A DNA stretch of 64,000 bases. Origin: Mobula hypostoma (Eukaryota). Both the position numbers and the translations under genes were made by a program. The stretch lies in contig NC_086097.1 in NCBI RefSeq assembly GCF_963921235.1, positions 87,794,001 through 87,858,000 of the forward strand, read 5' to 3'. Each line of letters begins with the position of its first letter. Position 1 is the first letter of the stretch. This document shows positions 39,151 to 51,480 of the stretch, piece by piece. The notes beneath the pieces were generated by a model. The model saw only the letters and a program-made list of their open reading frames with translations. It made no database searches and was not told the origin of the DNA.

Positions 39151-40177
39151 TATAGCGATTTAAGCCCTTTGTGAGTAATTATGATGGGGAACACTTTGGA
39201 TTCTTTTCGAACTTCATCGGCAGTTAGGCCTCAGCTGTGTAAGTCCACTTTGCTGAAGTGTTATCCTCCAGAAAGGTTTGCAAAGGTATCCTCTATCCAG
39301 GGCAGAGGATGTTGATCTAGTTTCAGTACTTGTTTGATGGTGACCTTAGAATCACCACAGATCCTAACAGACCCATTTTTCTTCGATTCTGGGACCACAT
39401 GCATTGCCCATGGGCTGCACTCAACCTTGGAAAGACTTCCTTCAACCTCCATGCAATCTGACTCACTGGCTACTTTATCATAGATGGTATAAGAAACTGG
39501 ATGGGCTTTGTAAATCTTGAATGTGGCATTTTCAGTTAGCACTATTTTACCTTTGATACGTCTGCATTTTCCAATGCCACCCTTGAACCCTGCTCTGGCA
39601 TCATCCAAGCCCTTTCTTAATTTACTTTCAGTTGAGTGTATTGCAGTGGGTGGATTTGCAATCAAGTTGTAGTTATCTCAGCCAATCATGGCCCCACAAT
39701 GCTGGCCCTGCTCTTTTTTTTTTACCACATACAAGCTCAATTTGGCTTGCTGGTTATTCTATTTCATGGTTACGAATTTAATTCCCACAGGAGTTATCTT
39801 TTCCCTAATATAAGTTCCTAGCTGGATATCTTCAGGCTTGAGACCAGTATCTTCGAAATGCCATTCAAACTCATTTTGTTGAATGACTCACACAGCCGAG
39901 CCAGTGTCCAATTCCATTTTAATTAATTTGCCACTCACTTCTGCTGTAAGTTTCTTGTTGGTTTTTATATTTAAATCTCAAGGCTACTCAGTCCTGCATC
40001 AATCTCATCATAATTAGATTTTTCATCAACAGCATGCAGATTAATGTTCTTATTGAAACTGCTACTTGACTTATTATCATTATCTCTTCCCTGTGCAGTC
40101 TATTTATTTTTGTCTGCCCGACATGCACTTCGTATGTGTCTACTTTGTCGAATTTTCTGCAAGTTTTACCTTTGAAC

Positions 40178-40600
40178 TTAGACCATAGGACATAGAAGAA
40201 GAATTAGGCCATTCAACCCATTGAGTCTGCTCTGCTATTCCATCATGACTAATCCCAGATCCCACTCAACCCTGTACACCTGCCTTCTCACCATAACCTT
40301 TGATGCCCTGACCAATCAGGAAACTATCAATTTTCACTTTACATGTACTCAAGGTCTTGGTCTCCACATCCGTCTGTGGTGGAGCATTCCACAGATTCAC
40401 TACTCTCTGGCTAAAAAAAAATTCCTCCTTACCTCTGTTCTAAAGACTAACCCCTCAATTTTGAGGCTGTGCCCTCAAGTTCTGGACACCCCCACTGTAG
40501 GAAATATCCTCTCCACATTCACCTTATCTAATCCTTTCAGAATTCAGTAGGTTTCAATGAGATTCTCTCCCCACCCCAACATTCTTCTAAATTCCAGTGA
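40178..40600 (-). mobile_element. CR1 3' fragment inserted in the Gypsy gag region
   Basis: tagaccataggacatagaagaagaattaggccattc is a reversed CR1 tail; the reverse strand reads FF.QRVVNLWNAP. Confidence 0.8.
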
Positions 40601-41524
40601 TAACTTGCATTGGTCTGATATGTTGGAGCTCAGTTTGTCTGGCCAGGCCGGTTTCTGTTATGACACTGTAATTTTGTTTTCGCTCACTTTCATTCCTGAC
40701 TGCAACTTAATTTCCTATCTCTCTGCTGTTTCCATCGATGTGAGTTATGATTCAGTTTGAAGTCCTTTTTCGATACTTTCATGTAAGATTCCACAAACTA
40801 AACGATCCTTGAACTAGCAACGCTCTGACCATTTCTTCAATTCAGCCACATATGTTGAAAGCCCAAACCATTCTGCAATCAACAAAGTTTTCAGTTCTGA
40901 ATGTTCCTGCATTATTTTCACAATAGCAACAAAGCTTATTTCGGCTGGTTTGGTTGGAGTAGTCAAACTTCTAAGCAAATAGTATGCCTTTCCACCCAAT
41001 ATACTTATCAAAACTGCCACTCACTTTTAATTAGCTATTTCATTTCCTTCAAAATATAGCTCAATTTGCTCAGTATAGATCATTCTGTTATCTCTTGTGC
41101 AATCAAACATGTCTATCTTTCCAATTTAGTCAACCATTTCTGCTTTATTTATTTATTATTATTACCACTCGGTACTCACTATTTATGAATCCCTGAATTC
41201 GTCCATTTTCTGCCTTTTTTTTAAACTTGATCATCTCTGTCCTTCCTGAAGAAGCACGTGCTGCATTTTTTTTAACTCAATCATCCCTCTACTTGTGGAG
41301 AAAACCTGCTATGCTTTTTTTTTAAAAACTGCAACATCTCACTGCGCATCTGCAGGTAGTCTTCTGAAATTTGTTTTAAAAATTGCTCATTGTAACTTAT
41401 GTTTTGCAACTCCAAACATAAAATTAATTGAAAAACACAGCTGGGGATAATGTGTATTTCCCTTTTGTTTTAGCGAGGTGCGTACTTGGATCTGCTCTAA
41501 TTTGTCAACTGAAGTAACAGGTCT

Positions 41525-42757
41525 ACAGCATGTGCCATCTCCTTGGCTCTTCACTCAACTCTGGAACATGCAGCAAAAATACATACATCAGGATGCTGTT
41601 TACCAATTACAGCTCAGCATTTAATACCATCCTACCCTCAAAACTATTCAGTAAACTCTGGGACTTGGGCCTCAATACCCCCATGTCCAATTGGATCCTG
41701 GTGTTCCTCACTTGTAGACCCCAGTCATTTCAGTTTGGTAATACCATCTTCTCCACAATCTCCATCAGCAGAGGAGTACTACAGGGGTATGTGCTTAGCC
41801 CCCCCCCCCTGCTCTACTCGCTTTACCCCTATAATGGTGTGGCTATGTACAACTCCAACACCAGATACAAGCTTGCTGACAACACCATTGCTGTGGTCTG
41901 TATCAAAGGTTGTGATGTATCAGCATACAGGAGCGAGATTGAAAACTTGCTGAGCGGTGTAATTACGGCAACCTCTCACTCAATGTCAATAAGACCAAGG
42001 AACAGATTGTAGACCTCAGGAGAGGGAAACCAGAGGTCCATCAGCCGGTAATCATTGGAGGATCAGAGGTGGAGAGAGTCAGTAACTTTAAATTCCTGGG
42101 TATCACTATCTCAATGGACCTTCCCTGGACCAATCGTATAAATATAATTGCAAGGGAAGCATGACAGTGCCTCTACTTCCTCAGGAGCCTGCAGAGATTC
42201 AGCATGTCCTCAGAAACCTTGGCAAACTTCTATAGAAGTGTGCTTGGCTACATTATGCCTTCGAGCGGAAAATCCCATAAAGGTAGAGGACTTTGGCCTA
42301 GTGCATCACGGGTAAAGCCCTCCCAACCATTGAGCGCATCTACATGGAACATTGCCGTAGAAAAACAGCACCCATCATCAAAGATCCTCACCACCCAGGC
42401 CATGCACTTTTCTTGCAGTTGCCATCAGGTAGAAGGTACAAGAGCCTCAGGACTCACACCACCAGATTCAAGAACAGTTACTACCTTCAACCATCAGGCT
42501 CTTGAACAAAAGGGGATAACTATACTCATTTTATTTCTGGTGGTCCCACAACCAATGGACTCATTTTAAGGACTCTTTACCCTGTTATTTCATGCTTTCA
42601 TTACTTATTTATATTTGCATTGCACAGTTTATTGTCCATTAATCCTGTTTACAGTTACTGTTCTGTAGATATACTAAGTATGCCTGCAGAAGAAGAATCT
42701 CAGGGTTGTATGTGGTGACATGTATGTACCCTGATAATAAATTTTACTTTGAACTTA
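41525..42757 (+). mobile_element. 5'-truncated Rex1/Babar LINE
   Basis: TYIRMLFTNYSSAFNTI...QGYVLSP; tail aataaattttactttgaactt. Confidence 0.88.
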
Positions 42758-42844
42758 TGGTGAGGAGACATACATATGCTATTCACGTACTTTTCCATAT
42801 AATCAGCAATGAATTATGTAAACAAAATATGCTTAAACAATGTA

Positions 42845-45800
42845 CAGGTGTCCTCCGCTTTCCAAACGTTCTCTTTACGACATTTCGTTTTTACGAAAGA
42901 CCTACATTGGTACAGGTTTCCCCCGCCATCCAAAGGTAGAGCGTTCCAATGAAACAGTTCGTAAGCCGAAATGTCGTAAAGTGAAGAAGCAATTACCATT
43001 TATTAATATGGGAAACATTTTTGAGCATTTCCAGACCCAAAAAATAACCTACCAAATCATAGCAAATAACACATAAAACCTAAAATAACAGTAACATATA
43101 GTAAAAGCAGAAATGATATGATAAATATACAGCCTATATAAAGTAGAAATACTTTCTGCAATCATTGAAGTACTGTCTAGCGCAGCGAAAATCTCACGCA
43201 TGCGCTGTCGGCGGAAGCACTCTCTCCAGTAACCTTTAAGCTATGAGGCTGCCAAATCATATCAAATAACAAATCATACTAAATAACACAAAAATACACA
43301 GCCCATATAAAGTAGAAATAATGTATGTGCAGTGTAGTTTCACTTACGGGAATTGGGATGGTGTGTTAGGCTGAGTCGTTGGAAATTGGGGTGGTGAGAG
43401 ATAGGGGAGACTGGGGTGTCATCTCATCATAGTCTATTTCCAATAGGGCAGCCAGGTCATCATCTTCTATGTCTGCCTGCCTCGATGTCAAAGGTCGAGG
43501 TTTGTCGTCTACTGTGGCTGATGGGCAAGGCTTGAAAAATGACAGTATACTTGACTGCTGAGCCTTGCGCATTTTTAGATCATACAGTTCTTTGTAAGCA
43601 CTCAAAACATCCTGCAAACCTGCCCTAAACCTACGTGCCCTTTCAAAATTAAAGTCATACTTTTCTGCAATCATTGCAGCACTGTCAATCGCATCGAAAA
43701 TCTCACACAGCTGCTTCACGTTCAGTCCCTGGGCGACTTCATTTTCGCGACTGCGTTCGGTTTCAATCGTTATCCTTTCCTCTTGCAATTGCATCAGCTC
43801 TTCATCTGTCAATTCTTGGTCATGGGATGCCAAAACCTCTTCAACATCATCTTCGTCAACTTCTACAAACCCAGCCTCCTTAGCCAAGCTCACTATTGTC
43901 ATATTTATTGCTGATGGTTTGAAGCCTTTAAAATTGTTCACTGCTTCGGGACATAGTTTCCTCCAAACGCCATTTCTCATCGAGACTGTTAGCCTATCAA
44001 GAGCATCTCTAATCTTGGCGATTGCCAGTTTTACATTGTAGTCTTTCCAGATCTCTCGCAAAGATGCTTCAGAGTTGCTCTCTCTGTCAATAACGCTTAT
44101 AATAAAACGCATCACATTTTGCGTATAGTAAGCCTTTAATTGTGGCTGTTAGACCTTGGTCTTGGTCGAATGGCTGCAGCAACGATGTCGCATTCGGCGG
44201 TAAGAACGCAACACGAATGTTACGGCCATACTCGGTAATGGCAGGCGGATGAGCAGCACAATTATCGACAATCACAAGACACCTATTATCGAGGTTATTT
44301 TCTCTACAGTATTTTTCAACAAAAGGACTAACGTATCTGCTCATGTACTCAGAAAAAAGCACTTGGGTATTCCAACTGCTTGGATGTGAACGGAACACAA
44401 CGAGAAGTGTTTTCTTATCAATGCCTTCAAGTGCCCTCAGATTTTCTGAATGGTACACTAGTAGAGGCTTAGTGGCATTAATAATAGGCATTAGGGTAAA
44501 CCTGTCCTTCGATGCCTTGTGTCCCTTAGCCTGCTTTTCTTCTTTCGAAATAAATGTTTTACTCGGCAATTTTTTTCCAATAAATTGCATTTCGTCACAG
44601 TTAAACACTTGCTTATACGAATAACCACCTTCTGTAATTATTTTCTTCAGTTCTGCTGGGAGCCTTTCAGCAGCTTCAGTATCAGCCGAAGCACTCTCTC
44701 CAGTAAACATTAAACTATGAAGCTGCCCTCGCCTCAGAAACCGATCAAACCACCCGTGACTACCTTTAAATTCCACTTTCGCAATACTTTCATCACCAGC
44801 AGCCAGTGCTTTGTTTCAGCTTATTAAAAAGACTGACTGATTTCTCCTTAAGTATAAGATAACTTAAAGGAACACCACGTTTTGTACACCCATCAATCCA
44901 CTCAAGTAATAGACTTTCCATTTTATCCATTACTGGATGCCGACTAAGAGAGACCACTTTGCTACGAACAGAACCAACAGTAACATCGGCAGCTTTCAAG
45001 ATTTTTTCTCTCTGTGGTATAAATAGTGCGAATGGTGGATGCAGGCAAGTTCAACGTGTGGACAATGTTCTTACTTCGTTCACCACGATCGAAATGCTTA
45101 ATTATGTCTAGTTTTACGCTGTGTAACACCCTTACAAGCTCTTTTAGGCTTTTCCAATACCTTCGAACTCCTCTTGCTAACGGATGCACAAAATAAATCG
45201 AGATAAAGCACGTGTTTAAGCAATGGCGGCTAGAATGCAGTTCCGGGGGCGGAGCTTGGCTGCTCGGGGCGCGCACTTTTTTTTCGCACGCCGCCATTTT
45301 TCGCGCGCTGCTTTTTTCGTAACAGTGAAAAAAACCTTCTGTTAGTGAAAACAGGGTACTAATGTAGGTCTTTCATGACAGTGCATTTTCGTAAAGCGAA
45401 CGTTTGAAAAGCAGGGGACACCTGTACCTGTTTTCGTTAACCGAAAGAGGATTTTCGCTTTTACGAGAAAAGATGCTCGCTTTACCCCGAGAAAGACTAC
45501 CATGACCATGAAGCCTTGCGCGGGCAGGTGTGTGCGCATGTGTGACGTGCGTGTACGTGCAAATGTGTGACGTGCACGTGCATGTACGTGCCGATTTTTT
45601 TTCCGACAAATCGATTTTGGCTCAAACTTCCCGATTCTGATAAGTGAAACTACACTGTATGTATATTATTTCTACTTTATATAGGCTGTCTATTTATCAT
45701 ATCATTCCTGCTTTTACTATATGTTAGTGTTATTTTAGGTTTTATGTGCTATTTGGTAGGTTACTTTTTGGGTCTGGGATCGCTCAAAAAATTTTCCCGT

Positions 45801-45894
45801 ATAAATTAATGGTAATTGCTTCTTTGCTTTACGCCTTTTCGACTTACGAACAGTTTCATAGGAACGCTCTACATTCGGATAGCGGGGGAAACCT
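42845..45894. mobile_element. Outer non-autonomous Tigger element (42845-42912 plus 45427-45894) split by a nested Tigger
   Basis: Starts TA-CAGGTGTCC and ends GGGGGAAACCT-TA; the two halves rejoin at acattggTAcctgttttc. Confidence 0.85.
42913..45424 (-). mobile_element. Near full-length Tigger (pogo) DNA transposon with a frameshifted transposase
   Basis: TA-CAGGTTTCCCCC...GGGGACACCTG-TA; minus ORFs give HTH (VKLDIIKHFDRGE), CENP-B-type HTH (MESLLLEWI, FKGSHGWFDRF) and DDD motifs VFNCDE / IVDNCAAHP / LLQPFDQ, with 32 residues between the last two Asp. Confidence 0.93.
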
Positions 45895-46527
45895 TACTGA
45901 AATGTTAAATGCACAACACAAAGGAAACTTTGCAACTTAATTCTTCAAATGCAAGCTTAATTCTGCCATCTCTGTACTGCATCTTCCTCCTGTATAAAAT
46001 TTACTGTACTATGACAAATGAATTTTGACTATGGATTAGTACCTCACAGAATTATCGAATCCTTGCTTTTATTCTCCAACCTTCCCAAGATAGTCAGGAT
46101 TCTATTCAACATTTCTTTTAATTTTTGTCCCTGTGATTCATGTGCATGAGCATAAATTTCCCTGTTTTCCTCCACAGCTCTTAATTTATTTCTCCATTGA
46201 GTGCAATTGTCTTTCTCTGATCCGAAGTAGATAACCTCATTCTTTGTCAGGTTGAACTCCATCTGCCAAAGTTGTTAGCAGGAGGTGTATTTCATCCTGC
46301 TGCTATTGCCAGAGAGTCTGCTGACATCAGCAGAAAGACTGCTAAGAGTGCAATGCATGAAAGATACAGCAGCCGTTCCTAAATTGATATTACATTTTAA
46401 GACTTTCCCAGTTGAAGTACTATTTTTAATCCTATTTTCTAATATTAAATTAATAGCTGGTAATAGATTAAAGAAAGTTTTTTTCTGAGTTACAAGAAAC
46501 ATGCTACCTTCCCTTTTATTCTTTCAG

Positions 46528-46685
46528 CTTCTTAGGAAACGCCACATCGGGAATGATATTGTGACCATAGTGCTGCAAGAACCCGGGGCCCTGCCCTTCA
46601 CCCCGAAAAACATTCGCTCTCATTTTCAGCATGTCTTCGTCATTGTAAGAGTACACAGCCCTTGCACTGAGAATGTCTGTTACAG
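46528..46685 (+). CDS. SIPA1L1: SIPA1L1 internal exon E (RapGAP catalytic Asn-thumb KRHIGND)
   Basis: ttctttcAG / GTaatt; 158 nt, phase 0-2. [52 protein letters not shown]. Confidence 0.95.
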
Positions 46686-46689
46686 GTAA

Positions 46690-46965
46690 TTTATTTATTT
46701 GTTGAAGTACCGCACAAAATAGGCCCTTCTGACCTTTTGGGCTGCACTGCCCAGCAATCCCCTATTTAATCCTAGCCTTACCATGGGACAATTTATAATG
46801 ACCAATTAACCTATTAACCACTACATCTTTGGACTGTGGACAGAAACTGAACACCCAAAGGAAATCCACAATCACAGGGAGAACTGACAAACTCTTACAG
46901 ACAGCGGTGAGATTTGAACCTGGGTCAAAGGTACACTACCATTTACTGTACCATATGCTATCATT
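46690..46965 (-). mobile_element. SINE (V-SINE-like), antisense, directly downstream of exon E
   Basis: (TTTA)n tail; ggacaatttataatgaccaattaaccta...tttggactgtgg; gagatttgaacctgggtc is a reversed B-box. Confidence 0.7.
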
Positions 46966-47538
46966 TACATCTCAATGCTGCAGTGTTTTCAGGAAGGTCG
47001 TGCAGTTGATATATAAAATTTGGCCTGTCGTAGCCGATGTGTTAATGTAGCCTGCAGTCCTTCTCAGTGGCAAACTATAGTCAGAGATTATCAATATATG
47101 TATTTCTATTTCTCCCTTAAGGTCTTTGACAGTGGAAGTGCCAGATTGTTTATCAAAATCTGCCCCAAATTACATTCACGGTTGTGACTGAGAGTATCCT
47201 CTATGCAGAGAAAGAGACAATCCCATATTCTAAATAATTATGCCCTGCACAATTAGTTCTTAAAGCCAGATTACCTATTTCTACTCAATAAATAGTGTAA
47301 TTTTGAATGATGTATAATGATTTCTTAAAACAAATGTTTTAATGCCTTATACTCCCAACTTAATATGAAGATTAGAGCTGAAGCATCCAAAGTTTGTCCT
47401 CTTTGGTAAGTATCACAGGCCTGCGCTGAATGTAAAATAGACAGCAAACTACCTATGCTAAAATCTTGTCTGTCATCAGATCAGGAAGTAATTGTGTAGT
47501 TATGTCCAATAAAAGTAACCAGGATTCTTGTTTTGTAG

Positions 47539-48115
47539 TGTCGCTGTGGCAAGATCAAAAGATGTGCCTGCGTTTGGACCACCCATTCCCAAAGGAGTCA
47601 CCTTCCCCAAGTCGACTGTCTTCCGGGACTTCTTATTAGCTAAAGTGATCAATGCAGAAAATGCAGCTCACAAGTCAGAAAAGTTCCGTGCTATGGCAAC
47701 GAGGACCCGGCAGGAATATTTAAAAGACTTGGCAGAGAACAGTGTCACCAACACACCAATCGATCCTTCTGGAAAATTTCCTTTTATTTCTTTGGCAACA
47801 AAAAAGAAAGAGAAATCAAAGCCTTACCCCAATGCGGAAATCTACAGTTTGGGAACCCTTGTATGGAATGTCCATGCAGAGGACTACAGCTGTGCTACTG
47901 AAATTGACTGTTTACTGGGTATCTCCAATGAATTTGTGGTACTCATTGAAGAGAATTCCAAGCAAGTAGTGTTCAATTGCTCCTGCAGGGATGTTATAGG
48001 CTGGACTTCAAATCTTACGACAATTAAAATCTTCTATGAACGAGGAGAGTGCATTTTTGTCAGGACTTTTAATAATAATGTCGAAGAGATTAAAGAGATA
48101 GTTAGAAGGCTGGAG
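47539..48115 (+). CDS. SIPA1L1: SIPA1L1 internal exon F (RapGAP end and linker)
   Basis: ttttgtAG / GTaagc; 577 nt, phase 2-0. [25 protein letters not shown]...[27 protein letters not shown]...[23 protein letters not shown] and KEKSKPY match my recollection of SIPA1L1 rather than SIPA1L2/3. Confidence 0.95.
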
Positions 48116-50684
48116 GTAAGCTATTGTTTCATTACTCTTAAAGCAATTAATTCAGTGTTTACTTCAATTGTGAGAAATCCTTTTCTTACAGCTGCATTGT
48201 TTGACTTGGACCTAACTCTGATTGAAACAATATGTGTTCTACTTTAACAAAGAGAAAACCACAATTCTTTTTATTGTGATTGTTTCCTATAAAGATATTG
48301 CTTAACCAGAAGCAGACTGAGAATCAGAGCATATAGTCTTAATAATACCATTCTGTGATACTTTCCCGAGCTATGCTGTAGCTCAGGACAAACTTCAGTG
48401 GTCTGATTGGATCTGCATGCTACATGTAACAGCTGGCACTTAGCTGCTTATTAAGCACCTCAGTACCAGTGTGTCTTTGCGATGAAATATCAAGCTTCAA
48501 GTTCATTTGAAATCAATCTCAATCTGACTGGACTGTGTTGCTGATCTCTCCAATGTCTAGAGAACGTGAGACTGGCAGAAGTGAACTCTGAACCATGGGG
48601 TAATCAAAGAACCTGAAACTTAGTGCTCCTGATCATGAAAGTAATTTAGCTGAGCTAAGATCACAAGTATCTGAAAGATTGAGTACACTTAAGATCTATT
48701 TTTTAAAAGATGATTGAAGTAGATTGTAGTGTAGATGTTAACTTCAGGAATTACAGCTCCGCTTTCAATCCTGCTATCAGTGATATGGATCAGTAAGTCC
48801 AACCACTGTTAGCAGACTTCTGAATTAATGCTACTCAGTTGACCTTTCCTTCTGGGGGAGTGGGACTTTGAGTGAATACCTGTCGTGTGGTCTTCAGTGA
48901 GGTCAGCAATGCTGTGAATCTGATTTTTGAGCTGACTGCAGCCCATAGTGGGGTTTCAGCAAAAGCAATACGGAGGGAGCACTTAGCTTGTGTTGATGCT
49001 TGGAGAACAAGACTGAAAGCCAAAAGGTCCCCCAGCAATCCTGGATCACTTGGTTAATTAAATTTTTACTTTTGATCCCGATCACGGATCATTTTACATT
49101 TTCCTAACACACTGCATCACTGTATAGTATGGAAGATGCACCGCAATGGACAGCAAGGCTCTACAACAGGTAGTCAAAACTGCCCAATGTATCACCACAC
49201 CAGCCCACCCACCATCAAGGACATATATACAGCAAGGTACCAGGAAAGGGACAACAACATCATGCAAGTTCCCACCCATCCTGCTCATGGGCTCGTGCAT
49301 CAATCCAATATGCACTTGCATTTAGATTGCAACTTCCATGACTTCTGTGATCCTAACCTGCTTTATAAGTAATGAAGTTCAGGTGGAAATGTATTCAATG
49401 TTTTATCATAACGATTTGGTGAACTTGTACAATTTGCTCAAATGTCAAAACCAGGCAATTTCATAGAATTTGTTCCTATGGAACAATGTCTCTAGGCGTC
49501 TTTTTAACCATACTTTTTATGAAGAGCACAGAGAAATTACCTTGTTAAAATCAAATGGACTCAGCTAGTCTTCAGTTCTTCATAAGTTAGTTCCATGTCA
49601 ATCACATTCTTCACTATTCCTTTCATTCTTTACATTAACCAGTTTAATAGATGACCCTTGTCTTTTAGTGTAAAAGATTTATGGATTCCTTCTTTCCCAT
49701 GATCACATTGTGTTCCCAGGCTTTGGTTTTTGGGAAGTTTAATTAATTAGACTTTGCTGTCTGTTTTTCATTTCCAGGAAAGTTGTGAAGTTGTTTAAAA
49801 TTTGTCCTGTTGGTAGTGAGGATTGGGTATGGCCAGATCATGTTGAGGCAAGATTTGATTAGTAGTTATTATATAAGTACTACTGGCAGTATAACTAATT
49901 GCCAGAAAATAACAAAAAATAGACAGCTTGGATTTTAGATTTTGTTAATGTGTAAAAATAAAGACATTAAAATTAAATTTTCAGTTTTTCTTGAGAGTAT
50001 ATATTTTGCCCAGTGGTTTGTCATGTTGCTCTGTTGATTATTTAGCAAGAATGAACTACATCTGTTGTGTTTAAATAATATTTTAAGTGTTCTGACATTA
50101 ATTTTAATTGTTAACCAAGTAATCCAGTAGAGACACATGGTTCATTTTAAATTAATTTACTTTGGTTTGGCAGGTCAAAGTTTTCCACCCTTCGTAAAAC
50201 CAAGGCCACGTGCTTGTCTTGTGTTCATTACGTTTAACTGAGTATATTTTAACAATTTGAGCACAACAGATTTCTTCAGTTTTCCTTTGTCCAAACATCC
50301 ATAATCATCTCTCAACTATTTATCTAAGGCTTTCCTTAACAATATTTACTGGCATAAAATACTGCCAAAGACACCCAGCAGATTTGCTTTCTCTTGCTCT
50401 TCAAAAACTCTTATAGAGCTAAAAGCTTGGAAAATATTAAAGTTTTAAAACTTGTTTCCTCATAGGAGAAGGATTTTGGACAAAATTTAAAGGAAAAACT
50501 TAAAAGATAATTAAATCTTTTAATTGAGGCTTGCTGTTTTCAAGCTCCCTCCTTATTGCAACCTTCTTTGCCATTTGCCAGCAATATTCCTATCGTCGCT
50601 GCTTTCTTCATTGTTCCTAAATTCAAGGATATTTCCACTTTTTCTTTCACTGCCTTGATTTGTCATTTTGGATTCATGTCAAGT

Positions 50685-51480
50685 TTGCCCATGACAGAAT
50701 AATAGTGTGGCTCATCACTAACAAGGATGAGATGTCCTACAGAGGATGTGGAAGAGCTTCAGGCCTAGTGGCAGACAAATAACCTCTTCCTGAATGTCAA
50801 CAAGGCAAAGAAGACGATTATTGACTTCAGCAGAACTCGCATCACTCACTCGCCCCCCCCCCACCTTACATCAGCAGCGCAGCACTGGAATCTGCAAGCA
50901 GTTTCAATCTCCTGGCAGTGCATATCTCGCACAACCTCTCAAGGACCCAAAACACATCTTACACAATGAAGAACTCACCAACCACCTCTACTTTCTGAAG
51001 AGAGCTGAACTATGCACATCGATGCTCACAATCTTTTGCAGACGTGCAGCAGAGTTTCCTAACGCGCTGCATCTCTGCACGGTACAGAAATTGCACCACA
51101 ATGGACAGGAAGGTGCTACAGCAGGTAGTCAAAACTGCCCAGTGTATCACCACACCAGACCACTCACCATCAAGGACATATATACAGCAAGGCACCAGAA
51201 AAGGGACAACAACATCATGAAAGATCCCACCCACCCTGCTCAGGGACTATGTGTCCCACTCCCATCTGGGAAGAGGCTATGCCAGGACCACCACGCTCAA
51301 AAACAGCCCAAGCAGTTGATCAACACCTTCACCCATTAAGCTACCACACTACACCACCCACAAACACTACTTTATCATTTCCTATCGCTCACCTATGTAC
51401 AGACACCCCTCTACCTGCCATTACTTTATGGACGTACAATCAATCTATTTATAATAAGCTACCTCATGCATTCATATTTA
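50685..51480 (+). mobile_element. Rex1/Babar 3' portion, tail interrupted by a Tigger
   Basis: aacctcttcctgaatgtcaacaag, HLYFLKR, IMKDPTHPAQGLCVPLPSGKR; the tail resumes after 52835. Confidence 0.8.

Larger units (their letters stand above)
36377..41480 (-). mobile_element. Decayed Gypsy LTR retrotransposon with nested insertions
   Basis: Similar partial LTR copies at about 36377-36441 and 41398-41455; gag (ISILGGKAYYLLRSL); protease LIKMELDTGSAV near 39900; RT (WAMHVVPESKKNGSVRICGDSK); RNase H (GAVISHVKSDGSEHPLAFA, MQRWALILGGHNY); integrase largely missing. Confidence 0.85.

Noticed and set aside
43366..45297. Domesticated TIGD/CENP-B-like gene
   Set aside because: Split over four frames, with TIRs and a TA TSD retained, so it is a transposon copy.
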